The notes under the pieces were generated by a model that had not been told where the DNA came from, ran no database searches, and worked only from the letters and a program-made list of their open reading frames with translations. The translations under genes were made by a program, and so were the position numbers. This document shows, piece after piece, positions 29,678-39,695 of a stretch of DNA of 64,000 nt (the stretch's first letter is position 1; the number at the start of each line of letters is the position of its first letter). The stretch is taken from NCBI GenBank assembly GCA_963791045.1, contig CAWBQK010000006.1, positions 288,001 to 352,000 of the forward strand. The letters run 5' to 3'. The DNA is from Candidatus Latescibacterota bacterium. Lineage in GTDB: Bacteria; Krumholzibacteriota; Krumholzibacteriia; WVZY01.

Positions 29678-30580
29678 GTGAAACAAGATAACGCAAACGA
29701 TCTCGAACTCCGCATCGGTCCGGTGAGCTTCCGCAACCCCGTGTTTCTCGCGTCCGGTATCTGTGGGTATGGAGAGGAATATTCGTCACTCATCGATATC
29801 GAGGCGATCGGCGGCGTTGTTACCAAGACGATAACGATCCGCCCGCGGATGGGAAATCCTCCGCCGCGGATCCACGAACTCCCCGCGGGTGCGCTCAACA
29901 GTATCGGCCTCGAGAACGTCGGACTCGACGTCTATGTGGCGGAGAAACTCCCGGCGCTAAATAACAAGAACGTCGATGTGATCGTCAGTGTCGCCGCCGA
30001 ACACGTTGAAGAGTTCGAGCAAATTGCCGAAGCGTTCGCCGGCGTCGATGGGTACAAGGGAATCGAACTCAATCTGAGCTGTCCTAATGTCGAAGAGAAA
30101 TCTCTCGATCACGGCCGAAATCCTGAATTTGTCAAACGCATCACGAGCATTGTAAAAAAACGGATTCCCCACCGTGCGCTTCTTGTCAAGATAACGCCCA
30201 ACGTAACCGACATCGGCAGCGTCGCGCTGGCCGCGCAGGAAGGCGGCGCCGACGGGATCTCGGCGATAAACACGCTCATCGGAGTTGATTTCAACCTCGA
30301 GACGGGAAAACCGATTTTCTTCCGCGGTAGCGGCGGTTATTCCGGCCCCGGGATCCTTCCGATCGCGCTCCAAAAAGTGTTAGAGGTGTCACGGGCCGTG
30401 ACGATTCCAATTATGGGGATGGGTGGAATCAGTTCCGTAGATGACGCGAGAAAGTTTTTTATCGCCGGGGCTTCGGCCGTGCAGATAGGCACGTCGCTGT
30501 GGCAGGACCCGGATCTTCCCGCGCGGATCATCGAGACGTTCTCAGCACATCCCGAATACATGAGGAAAGGACCGTACTAA
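29678..30580 (+). CDS. pyrD: Dihydroorotate dehydrogenase family 1B catalytic subunit
   Basis: NPVFLASG, GNPPPRI, NSIGLEN, ELNLSCPNV, VKITPNVTD, INTL, GGYSG. Confidence 0.95.
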   Translation: MKQDNANDLELRIGPVSFRNPVFLASGICGYGEEYSSLIDIEAIGGVVTKTITIRPRMGNPPPRIHELPAGALNSIGLENVGLDVYVAEKLPALNNKNVDVIVSVAAEHVEEFEQIAEAFAGVDGYKGIELNLSCPNVEEKSLDHGRNPEFVKRITSIVKKRIPHRALLVKITPNVTDIGSVALAAQEGGADGISAINTLIGVDFNLETGKPIFFRGSGGYSGPGILPIALQKVLEVSRAVTIPIMGMGGISSVDDARKFFIAGASAVQIGTSLWQDPDLPARIIETFSAHPEYMRKGPY

Positions 30581-30582
30581 TC

Positions 30583-31293
30583 GTGATCAGTGAAGCCGGC
30601 AAAAAGCTCATCGTTGCGATCGATGTCAAAAGCTATGACGAGGCGGCTGCGCTCGTCGAATCGCTTACCGGACTCGTGGGGTGGTTTAAAATCGGGAGTG
30701 TTCTTTTTACGCGCGAAGGGCCAAGAATTTGCCGGCTGGTAAAGGAGTCGGGCGCGGGGCTTTTTCTCGACTTGAAATACCACGATATTCCGAATACTGT
30801 ATCCGGAGCCGTGCGGGCGGCGTGCGATATTGGCGCCGATATGCTCACGGTTCACCTTTCCGGCGGAGAGGCGATGCTCGAAGCGGCGGTCAAGGCGAAG
30901 AACGACGCCGGCCGTGACGAGATGATGATAGTCGGGGTGACCGTATTGACCCATTTGACTTTCGACGATTTTCATTCGCTTTTTGTGAGCGACCGCCCGA
31001 AGAACGAGACGGTCCTTGCATTTTCCAAACTCGCGGGACGCGCCGGCCTCGAAGGGGTCGTGGCGTCGGCGCTGGAGCTTCCGCTCATTCGGCGGCACAT
31101 GGGTCCCGACTTTACCGTGGTTACGCCAGGCATTCGTATGGCGGATGCCGCGAAGGATGACCAGGTCCGCATCGTGACACCGGGTAAGGCGATCGCGACG
31201 GGAGCCAGTTATATCGTTGTGGGGCGGCCGATTATCGCGGCGGATGATCCCCGCCTGGCCGCTCGCAAGATCGTTGAAGATATGACCGTTTGA
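30583..31293 (+). CDS. pyrF: Orotidine-5'-phosphate decarboxylase
   Basis: FKIG, FLDLKYHDIPNTV, VTVLTH, VTPGIR, DDQ.R, VVGRPI. Confidence 0.96.
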   Translation: MISEAGKKLIVAIDVKSYDEAAALVESLTGLVGWFKIGSVLFTREGPRICRLVKESGAGLFLDLKYHDIPNTVSGAVRAACDIGADMLTVHLSGGEAMLEAAVKAKNDAGRDEMMIVGVTVLTHLTFDDFHSLFVSDRPKNETVLAFSKLAGRAGLEGVVASALELPLIRRHMGPDFTVVTPGIRMADAAKDDQVRIVTPGKAIATGASYIVVGRPIIAADDPRLAARKIVEDMTV

Positions 31294-31435
31294 ATACGGG
31301 CAAAATCCGCGGTTGGATTCCTTGGAGTTCCTCTCGTTCCAGAACCACAGCCATCGCCGTAGCGATCGCGATACTTCTCGCGTCGATGTTTTTCTATTTT
31401 GTTTAGTGAGAGACGATGTGGAGGAAGTTTGTAAA

Positions 31436-32425
31436 ATGAAGTTGAAATCATTAATTACTACCTGGGCATGTCTAATCTGCATGGGTATAACGCTGAATTC
31501 GTGCGGCCAAGGATCTAACGCGTCGCTGAACACGAAGGATCCGGGTGTACAACCTGGATGGGTTACGCAAGGCGACCCGGAAAACATGAACCATTTTCTC
31601 GATGTGTGGTTCATCGATGGAATGACGGGTATGGCGATCGGATCGAATGGAATGATCCTCCGGACCGCCGATGGTGGGGAGACGTGGGATGATATTGACA
31701 GTGGGACGACCGAACAGCTTTCGGCAGTGACTTTCTTTGATGATATGAACGGAGTTGTTGTGGGGAGCCGAGGTCTCATCCTTCGCACCAAGGACGGCGG
31801 TTTATCCTGGAGCCAGGAGAGCAGTGGGACGGATAAACTCTTATGGGATATCGATTATCGAGATAATAAAATTGCGACGGCCGTTGGGATTCTCGGCACG
31901 GTGACCCAAACGAAAAACGGGGGCAAAGATTGGGACGTCTGTTACAGTGCCAGTCAAGAAGCTCTTATGGGGGTTTGTTTTGTAGACTCGAAAAAGGGTG
32001 TCGCAGTGGGGACGCACGGGACCATCCTCAAGACCACCGACGGCGGCGAAACGTGGGAGCCTCAAGATAGCGGGTCAGACAACCAGCTTATCGATGTAGA
32101 ATTCTTCGATAAAAAAACAGGAATCGCGGTTGGCGATGCCGGTACGATCCTTCGCACTATCGATGGGGGAGGTTCGTGGAGCCGGCAGCCGTGCGACCTG
32201 TTCGAGTTTCTTTTCGATGTGACACTGGTAGGCGATCAAACGGGTTTTGTAGTGGGGACAGGTGGGACGATTCTCAGATCGACCGATGGCGGGTTAACAT
32301 GGCAACAACTCGATACGAGTACATCGGATACATTCCGTGGGTCGTGTGTCACCGAAGCCAATACTCTTGTTATTGTCGGCGACAACGGGACGATCCTCCA
32401 GACCACCACTACCATAATCCGTTGA
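31436..32425 (+). CDS. YCF48-like/BNR-repeat beta-propeller lipoprotein
   Basis: Lipobox LNS|C; about seven repeats of G.AVG..GTIL.T.DGG.TW. Confidence 0.85.
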   Translation: MKLKSLITTWACLICMGITLNSCGQGSNASLNTKDPGVQPGWVTQGDPENMNHFLDVWFIDGMTGMAIGSNGMILRTADGGETWDDIDSGTTEQLSAVTFFDDMNGVVVGSRGLILRTKDGGLSWSQESSGTDKLLWDIDYRDNKIATAVGILGTVTQTKNGGKDWDVCYSASQEALMGVCFVDSKKGVAVGTHGTILKTTDGGETWEPQDSGSDNQLIDVEFFDKKTGIAVGDAGTILRTIDGGGSWSRQPCDLFEFLFDVTLVGDQTGFVVGTGGTILRSTDGGLTWQQLDTSTSDTFRGSCVTEANTLVIVGDNGTILQTTTTIIR

Positions 32426-32540
32426 GTGACGTGGGGGGCGAACCGGAACGCCGGATGGCAATTCCTTCCCTTGTGCGATTCACAACGTTTATGGGGTGAA
32501 GTGGGCTGCTGTTTTTGAGTTTGAACGGAAAGGTCTCAAG

Positions 32541-33626
32541 TTGACCGTGCCAATCGTTCTTGTGGTTTTTGGGTTGGTTGCGCTGGTGGTTGGCGGTGAG
32601 CTACTTGTGCGCGGAGCGTCGCGTATCGCGCTTTTCTGGGGTGTCTCGCCGATGGTTATCGGGTTGACGGTGGTAGCGTTCGGCACCAGCGCGCCCGAAG
32701 CGGCGGTCAGCGTTTTCTCGGCGCTGCGGGGCCAGACAGACATAGCGCTCGGCAACGTGATCGGCAGCAATATTATTAATGTTCTTGTTGTGTTGGGGCT
32801 TTCTGCGCTCATCGTTCCTCTGGTCGTGAATCAGAAGGTGGTTCGATTCGAAGTGCCCCTCGGTGTCGCCGTTACGCTGCTCCTGGTGGGTATGGCTTGG
32901 GACGGGACCATTAGCAGGCTCGACGGTTCAATCCTTTTTTTCTGTATAGTTGCATACGTCGTGTGGGCGATCCGTAAGAGCCGGAGCGAGTCGGACGAGG
33001 TTCAGAAAGTATACGCCCGTCAATTTGAGACCCTGGCGCAAAAAAGCGGCCATGTTGCGAAGCAGGTGCTGGTTATCGCCGGAGGCGTCGGGCTGCTCGT
33101 ACTCGGATCGAAATTTCTGGTGGACGGTGCTTCCTCGATTGCGAGGCACTTTGGCATCAGCGATCTCGTTATTGGATTGACCATCGTTGCGGCCGGGACC
33201 TCGCTTCCCGAGGTCGCTACTTCCATTGTCGCCGGAGTCAAAGGGGAAAGGGATATCGCGGTCGGGAATGCGGTGGGCAGCAATCTGTTCAATATTCTGT
33301 TCGTGCTGGGGCTGTCCGGAATTGTATCTCCCAATGGTTTGCCGGTACACCCCGAGGTGCTGCGGTTCGATTTGTGGGTCATGCTTGGTGTTTCCGTTTT
33401 GATGTTGCCCGTTTTCTTTTCGGGATACCGCGTCGCGCGCTGGGAGGGTGGCGTGTTCGTCCTTTTTTACGGGCTCTATATTGGTTATCTCGTTCTGTCC
33501 GCATCCGAGTTCTCCGGTCTGCCGCGTTTCAGGTTTGGGGTGCTTCTATTCGTTATTCCCATGGTTGTCCTGATGAGCGGAACGGCCGTGTACCAGTTGA
33601 TCTTTCGGAGGCAAAAGCAGGTCTAA
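32541..33626 (+). CDS. Calcium/sodium antiporter (YrbG/CaCA family)
   Basis: Two alpha repeats: GTSAPE...GNVIGSNI and GTSLPE...GNAVGSNL. Confidence 0.93.
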   Translation: MTVPIVLVVFGLVALVVGGELLVRGASRIALFWGVSPMVIGLTVVAFGTSAPEAAVSVFSALRGQTDIALGNVIGSNIINVLVVLGLSALIVPLVVNQKVVRFEVPLGVAVTLLLVGMAWDGTISRLDGSILFFCIVAYVVWAIRKSRSESDEVQKVYARQFETLAQKSGHVAKQVLVIAGGVGLLVLGSKFLVDGASSIARHFGISDLVIGLTIVAAGTSLPEVATSIVAGVKGERDIAVGNAVGSNLFNILFVLGLSGIVSPNGLPVHPEVLRFDLWVMLGVSVLMLPVFFSGYRVARWEGGVFVLFYGLYIGYLVLSASEFSGLPRFRFGVLLFVIPMVVLMSGTAVYQLIFRRQKQV

Positions 33627-33752
33627 GTTTGAGTCTGTCAGGAATCAGGCAATGAGGCCTCCAAACGAAAATGAATAATCAAGAAATTTGATGAGTTCCG
33701 CCCCGAAGCCTCGCCCCCGCAAGCCGCCCATGCACGCAAATCCCGAAACCCT

Positions 33753-33781
33753 TTGACTTTACTTGCATTTTCACGTAACCT
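33753..33781 (+). promoter_or_regulatory. Putative sigma70 promoter of the nucleotide-sugar cluster
   Basis: TTGACT-17 nt-TAACCT about 30 nt before the ATG at 33814. Confidence 0.5.
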
Positions 33782-33813
33782 TATGCGGTTCAAAAACGAC
33801 GAAAGGGTTGCAA

Positions 33814-34764
33814 ATGAAAGTTCTCATAACCGGAATCACCGGGTTTGCGGGGAGCCATCTCGCTGACTATTGCCTGGCACGCGGCGGGATGGACGTGTAC
33901 GGGATTGTCCGCTGGCGGAGCCGGACCGAAAATATCGAACATCTTTATAACGACGTGAAATTTGTCGAATGCGACCTGCGTGACGCGTCATCGACGCGTG
34001 ACGTTATCGACGATATCCGTCCCCACTATATCTTTCATCTGGCCGCTCAGAGTTTTGTCCCGACGAGTTGGCACGCGCCGACCGAGAGTCTGACGACAAA
34101 TGTGATCGGGCAGCTTAACATTTTTGAGGCGGTCCGCAAAATCGATCTCAAGGCACGAATTCAAATTGCATGTTCGAGTGAAGAATACGGGATGGTCGCG
34201 GAAGACGAACTTCCGATTACCGAAGATTCGCCGCTTCGCCCGTTGAGTCCGTATGGGGTGAGCAAGGTGGCGCAGGATCTCCTCGGATACCAGTATTACA
34301 TGAGCTACAAAATGGACATCGTCCGTACGCGGGGATTCAACCACACCGGGCCCCGCCGAGCGCCTGTATTTGTCGTTTCCGATTTTGCAAAGCAAATAGT
34401 AGAGGTGGAAAAGGGTCTGCGCGAACCGGTGCTTTCCGTGGGAAATCTCGACGCCGAGCGTGATTTCACCGATGTCCGCGACATGGTGCGGGCGTATTTC
34501 CTGGCCCTTGAGAAGGGCAAGAGCGGTGAGGTGTACAATATCTGTTCGGAGACGTCGTGGAAGATCCAGACGATGCTGGACAAGCTGATCTCGCTGACAA
34601 CGGTCAATATCGAAGTCAAAACCGATCCCGCCCGTCTTCGCCCGTCGGACGTCCCGCGGCTACGCGGTGACTGTTCGAGGTTCAAGAAGGACACCGGTTG
34701 GAAACCGGAGATTCCCTTCGACAAGACTCTTCAAGACATGCTCGATTACTGGAGAAATCGTTAG
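33814..34764 (+). CDS. GDP-sugar SDR (GDP-mannose dehydratase / Rmd reductase family)
   Basis: TGITGFAG, HLAAQSFV, CSSEEYG, YGVSK, FNHTGPR, GNLDAERDFTDVRD. Confidence 0.85.
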   Translation: MKVLITGITGFAGSHLADYCLARGGMDVYGIVRWRSRTENIEHLYNDVKFVECDLRDASSTRDVIDDIRPHYIFHLAAQSFVPTSWHAPTESLTTNVIGQLNIFEAVRKIDLKARIQIACSSEEYGMVAEDELPITEDSPLRPLSPYGVSKVAQDLLGYQYYMSYKMDIVRTRGFNHTGPRRAPVFVVSDFAKQIVEVEKGLREPVLSVGNLDAERDFTDVRDMVRAYFLALEKGKSGEVYNICSETSWKIQTMLDKLISLTTVNIEVKTDPARLRPSDVPRLRGDCSRFKKDTGWKPEIPFDKTLQDMLDYWRNR

Positions 34765-34774
34765 GAGCGACACG

Positions 34775-35731
34775 GTGAGCCGGGTGCTGGTGACAGGTTG
34801 TGAAGGGTTTGTCGGACCTTACGTCGTCGACGCGCTTGCGCGCGGCGGCCACGAGGTTTGGGGAACCGACATCAAAGAGACGTCTCGACGTCTCGAAGAC
34901 GCTCGCTATGCGGTAGCCGATCTCTGCGACCAGCGCGCCGCGAAGGCTCTGCTCGAAGAAATAGAACCGGACGCGGTTGTTCATCTTGCCGCGCAGTCGA
35001 GTGCGGCAAGGTCGTTTGGAGAGCCGTTCGTCACCGTGACACAAAATTTGCTCCCCGTCCTCAGTCTTCTCGAGTATGCAAGAACTCGAGCCGGCGGGAT
35101 GCGTATCCTTGCCGTGGGGTCTGCGGATATATACGGGCCTGTGAATCCGTCGGATATTCCGCTCAAAGAGACACTCCCGCCCAACCCGGTAAACCCATAC
35201 GCGTTGAGCAAGGTGTTCCAGGAACGCTGCTGCGTTCAATACGCAAGTTTGTACGGGATCCAGGCGGTGATGACGAGGAGTTTCAACCACACGGGGAGCG
35301 GTCAGCGCGACATTTTCGTGCTCCCGAGTTTCGCCAGGCAGGTTATTGAAATCAAAAAGGGGCTGAGGGAGCCGGTGGTGACGGTCGGCAATGTGGATGT
35401 CAGGCGTGATTTCAGCGACGTTCGGGATGTAGTCGCCGCATATGCGCTGCTTCTCGAACGCGGTCGCCCGGGAGAGATGTATAATGTGTGCTCGGGCGAA
35501 TCGCACAGTCTGCGCGATCTTCTCGGGACGTTGTGCGCGCTCGCGGGAGTGGGTCCCGAGATCAGGGTTGACCCCGAGAGAATCAGGCCTGTTGACATGG
35601 AGGAACTTCGCGGAGACAAATCGAAGATTGTGTCGGATACGGGGTGGGAGGCAAAATTCACGATTGAGGATACCATGAAGTCGCTTCTTGATTTCTGGGA
35701 AGAAGAAATCGGGTCCGGCGGCGCGAACTAG
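34775..35731 (+). CDS. GDP-4-keto-6-deoxymannose reductase (Rmd)-like SDR
   Basis: TGCEGFVG, HLAAQS, GSADIYG, YALSK, FNHTG.GQ, RDFSDVRD; AGGAG RBS. Confidence 0.8.
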   Translation: MSRVLVTGCEGFVGPYVVDALARGGHEVWGTDIKETSRRLEDARYAVADLCDQRAAKALLEEIEPDAVVHLAAQSSAARSFGEPFVTVTQNLLPVLSLLEYARTRAGGMRILAVGSADIYGPVNPSDIPLKETLPPNPVNPYALSKVFQERCCVQYASLYGIQAVMTRSFNHTGSGQRDIFVLPSFARQVIEIKKGLREPVVTVGNVDVRRDFSDVRDVVAAYALLLERGRPGEMYNVCSGESHSLRDLLGTLCALAGVGPEIRVDPERIRPVDMEELRGDKSKIVSDTGWEAKFTIEDTMKSLLDFWEEEIGSGGAN

Positions 35732-35771
35732 AAATTTAACGGAGAAATAACACCACTACGGAGGAAACAGA

Positions 35772-37109
35772 GTGATACGAGTTTGTATGATCGGAACAGG
35801 GTACGTCGGGCTGGTTTCCGGTTCCTGTCTCGCCGACTTTGGAAACACGGTCAGATGCGTCGATATAGACGCCGCCCGGATAGATATGCTAAACGACGGC
35901 GGAATACCGATTTACGAGCCGGGGTTGAAAGAAATGGTCGCGAGAAATGTCGAGAGCGGAAGACTTACATTTGCGACTGACCTCGCCGACGCGGTCAAAA
36001 ACTCGGACGTGATTTTTGTCGCGGTGGGTACTCCGCCTCGGCCCGATGGTTCAAGCGACTTGTCATATGTATACAACGTCGCGGAATCCGTGGCGAAGTA
36101 CCTGGACGAGTACAAAGTCATCGTGTCCAAGAGCACCGTGCCTGTTGGGACGACACGCGAGGTTGCCGCCTATATCAAAGAACGCGCGCCGGAGGGCGCC
36201 GAGTTCGACGTGGTGGCGAACCCGGAATTTCTCCGCGAGGGATCGGCCGTCGAGGATTTCATGCGGCCAAACCGCGTGGTTATCGGCGTCGAATCGGACA
36301 GGGCGATGGAAATGATGAAGAAAGTCTACCGTCCGCTCTACCTGATCGAGACTCCGATCGTTTTCACCGACCTCGAAACAGCCGAGCTGGTCAAGTATGC
36401 GAGCAACGCGTTTCTTGCGACAAAGATCTCTTTTATTAACGAGATCGCGGCGATAAGCGAACTCGTCGGGGCGAATGTCGATGATGTTGCCAAGAGTATG
36501 GGCCTCGACCAGAGAATAGGTTCGAAATTTCTCCATGCCGGTGTGGGTTTTGGCGGGTCGTGCCTGCCCAAAGACATTTCATCGCTCTACCATCTGGCGG
36601 TGTCGAAGGGGTACGAACCCCGGATCGTCGGCGCGATTTCGGATCTTAACAAAGCGCTCCCCGCAAAAGCGGTCCAGAAGGTGAGAGACGAAATCGGTGG
36701 TCTCGAGAGCAAAACCATTGGAATCCTTGGGCTTGCATTCAAACCCAATACCGATGATTTGCGCGACGGCGCGGCGACGAGCATCATCACCGAGCTGCTC
36801 GAAGAGAAAGCGCATGTCCGTGTGTTTGATCCCGTGGCAATGGAGAACTTCGAGAAAACATATAAGTTTCCGATCGACTACTGTAAGAGTTCGTACGAGG
36901 TGGCGGAAGGATGCGACGCGCTCATGCTCGTGACCGAATGGAACGAATTCAGACAACTCGATCTGCCGAGGCTCAAAGAGCTGATGCGCCGGCCGATTTT
37001 TATCGATTGCCGCAATGTTTACAAACCGCAGAGAATGATTGATGCCGGATTCCGTTACCGCTCTTTTGGACGCGGAATTGAACGGCAGGGAAAAAAGGAG
37101 AACAAGTAA
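35772..37109 (+). CDS. ugd: UDP-glucose 6-dehydrogenase
   Basis: GTGYVGL, KSTVPVG, NPEFLREG, KYASNAFLA, GFGGSCLPKD, FKPNTDD.R. Confidence 0.93.
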   Translation: MIRVCMIGTGYVGLVSGSCLADFGNTVRCVDIDAARIDMLNDGGIPIYEPGLKEMVARNVESGRLTFATDLADAVKNSDVIFVAVGTPPRPDGSSDLSYVYNVAESVAKYLDEYKVIVSKSTVPVGTTREVAAYIKERAPEGAEFDVVANPEFLREGSAVEDFMRPNRVVIGVESDRAMEMMKKVYRPLYLIETPIVFTDLETAELVKYASNAFLATKISFINEIAAISELVGANVDDVAKSMGLDQRIGSKFLHAGVGFGGSCLPKDISSLYHLAVSKGYEPRIVGAISDLNKALPAKAVQKVRDEIGGLESKTIGILGLAFKPNTDDLRDGAATSIITELLEEKAHVRVFDPVAMENFEKTYKFPIDYCKSSYEVAEGCDALMLVTEWNEFRQLDLPRLKELMRRPIFIDCRNVYKPQRMIDAGFRYRSFGRGIERQGKKENK

Positions 37110-37567
37110 TGATCGATGGCGTCATTGTCAAAAAGCTCAAACTCATTCCGGACGAGCGCGGTTACCTGATGGAGATGTTGCGGGCCGACGATCCGTTTTT
37201 TCAGAAGTTCGGGCAGGTATACCTCACCGTGGCCTATCCCGGCGTCGTAAAAGGGTGGCACTATCACAAAGTCCAAACGGACCATTTTGTCGCCGTGTCG
37301 GGGATGGTCAAGGTGGTTCTCTACGACAGCCGGAAGGAGTCAAAGCACATACGGAGAGGTGAACGAGTTTTTCATGGGTGAACATCAACCCGATGCTTCT
37401 TGTCATCCCGCCGATGGTGGCGCACGGGATGAAAGGCGTTGGCACGAAGCCGGGGATGATCATCAATTGTCCGACAGAAGTCTACAAATACGACGATCCC
37501 GACGAGCACAGGATCGACCCGCACAACAACGATATTCCGTACGACTGGGAACGGAAAGAGCAGATAG
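37109..37567 (+). CDS. rfbC: dTDP-4-dehydrorhamnose 3,5-epimerase-like cupin (apparent single-base insertions)
   Basis: DERGYLME, PGVVKGWHYH, then YGEVNEFFMGE and LLVIPPMVAHG...IPYDW in shifted frames. Confidence 0.8.
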
Positions 37568-37577
37568 GAGGGTGTCC

Positions 37578-38616
37578 GTGGCAGTCCTTTAAGAAGATTC
37601 TTGTGAGCGGCGGAGCAGGGTTTATCGGTTCCAACTTTATTCATTACATGCACGCACGTCACGGCGATTGCCGGATCGTCGTCCTCGACGCGCTTACCTA
37701 TGCGGGTAACCTCGAGAACCTCGCCGGTCTCCTCGACGGTGGGCGTGTCGAATTTGTAAAGGGATCGATATCGAACCCCGATATCGTCCTGAAGGCGATG
37801 GAGGGTTGCGACGCGGTGTTCAATTTCGCCGCGGAAACACACGTCGACCGTTCGATCCGCGAGGCGGCGACATTTATCGATACCGATGTTAACGGAACTT
37901 ACACGATGCTTCGCGCCGCCTCGGAATTGGGAGTCAAGCGGTTCATCCAGGTGTCGACCGACGAGGTCTACGGGAGTTCCGCGGGCGAGTATTTCACAGA
38001 ATCGTCGCCGCTCAAACCGGGCAATCCGTACTCGGCGAGCAAGTGCGGTGGCGACCTGATGTGCCAGGCCTTCTTCAACACCTTTGATGTTCCTGTGGTT
38101 ATCACCCGTAGTTCCAATAACTTCGGGCCGTTCCAGCATGTCGAGAAATTCATTCCCCTATTTATCACCAATACGATAGAAGGAAAGGAACTCCCGCTCT
38201 ACGGCGATGGGCGGCACGAGCGCGATTGGATCTTCGTCGAAGACAACTGCTCAGCGATAGAAGCGGTTGGGCTTCGCGGCGAGCCGGGCGAAATCTACAA
38301 CATCGCCGTCGGTCAGAGCCGTCCCAATATCGAGGTGGCGGAGATCATTCTCGATTTCCTGGGGGCGCCGAGATCGCGGATCGTTTTCATTGAAGACCGC
38401 AAGGGGCATGACCGCGCCTATCTCATGGACAGCTCGAAAACCGAAAGTCTTGGCTGGAAGCCGGAGTCTGATTTCAAAACCGCCCTCGAACGCACCGTTG
38501 CGTGGTACAAGGACAACGAGGAGTGGTGGCGGCGGGTCAAGTCCGGCGCGTTCCGCGAATACTACGACAGTCACTATTCGGACAAATTGAAAAAAGGCAA
38601 ATCGCATGGCGTATAA
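37578..38616 (+). CDS. rfbB: dTDP-glucose 4,6-dehydratase (apparent insertion near the start)
   Basis: GGAGFIGSNF, DALTYAGN, FAAETHVDRSI, STDEVYG, YSASK, RDWIFVED, DRKGHDRAY; GGAGG before the GTG at 37578. Confidence 0.9.
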
Positions 38617-39695
38617 AGTTGTCGCCGTGGTGGGGGCCCGGCCGAACTACATGAAAGTCGCCCCCATCTGGCGTGAACTCGACAAGCACGATCACGTATC
38701 GAAACGTCTCGTCCACACGGGACAGCATTATGATCGCAACATGTCGAAGGTTTTCTTTGACGACCTCAAGCTGCCAAAGCCCGATGTGTTTCTGGGCGTC
38801 GGTTCGGGTTCGCACGGCGAACAGACCGGCAAGGTAATGACCCTGTTCGAAAAAACGCTTGTTCGTGATCGCCCCGACATCGTCATCGTCGTCGGGGATG
38901 TGAATTCGACAATGGCGGGGACACTCGTCGCGGTGAAAATGGGGATCCCGGTGGCCCACGTCGAGGCGGGCTTGCGGAGTTTTGACCGTGAGATGCCCGA
39001 AGAGATCAACCGGATGGTCACCGATATTCTCGCCGGGCTTTTGTTCACATCCGAGCGCGGAGCCGAGGAGAATCTTCTGCGCGAGGGCGTTGACAAGGAC
39101 AAGATCCACTTCGTCGGCAACGTGATGATCGACAGCCTCAACTTCTACCGGCCGATGGCGGAGAAATCGACGGTTCTCGAGGACCTCGCGCTGGAGCGGG
39201 GAGGTTACGGACTCGTTACCCTGCACCGTCCGTCCAATGTCGATCGACCCGGAAAGTCTCCGGGGCATCCTGGGGGCGCTCACCGAGCTCGGAGCCACAT
39301 GTCCGCTCGTTTTTCCCGCGCATCCGCGGACTCGTAAGATTATTGAAGACAATAAGATAGATATCCCTCCCCAAAATATCCAAATTTTAGATCCCATTGG
39401 GTACCTCGATTTTGCTAAGTTAATGATGTACTCGCGCATCGTTCTCACCGATTCAGGAGGTATTCAAGAAGAGACCACTGTGCTCGGCATTCCGTGTTTG
39501 ACGATTCGGGAAAACACAGAGAGGCCAGTCACCATCGAGATCGGTACCAACCGGCTCGTCGGTGTCTCTCCCAGGCGGATTCTCGAAGAGGGAATGGACG
39601 TTCTCTCTCGCGGTCCGAAGGAAGGGAGAGTTCCCGAATTATGGGACGGTAAGACCTCTCAACGAATTGTTCGCGTGATCAACGAGTATCTATGA
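38606..39695 (+). CDS. wecB: UDP-N-acetylglucosamine 2-epimerase, non-hydrolysing (one apparent frameshift near 39245)
   Basis: GARPNYMK, HTGQHYD, GDVNST, HVEAGLRSFD..MPEEINR, TLHRPSNVD; second frame HPRT...TDSGGIQEE...RENTERP...LWDG. Confidence 0.9.

Noticed and set aside
31600-32400. Periodic nucleotide similarity suggesting an array
   Set aside because: Explained by BNR/YCF48 protein repeats; there is no CRISPR repeat-spacer structure and no cas gene.
37378-38616. Genuine RfbC-RfbB fusion protein
   Set aside because: Best explained by insertion errors around a normal stop, RBS and start junction.
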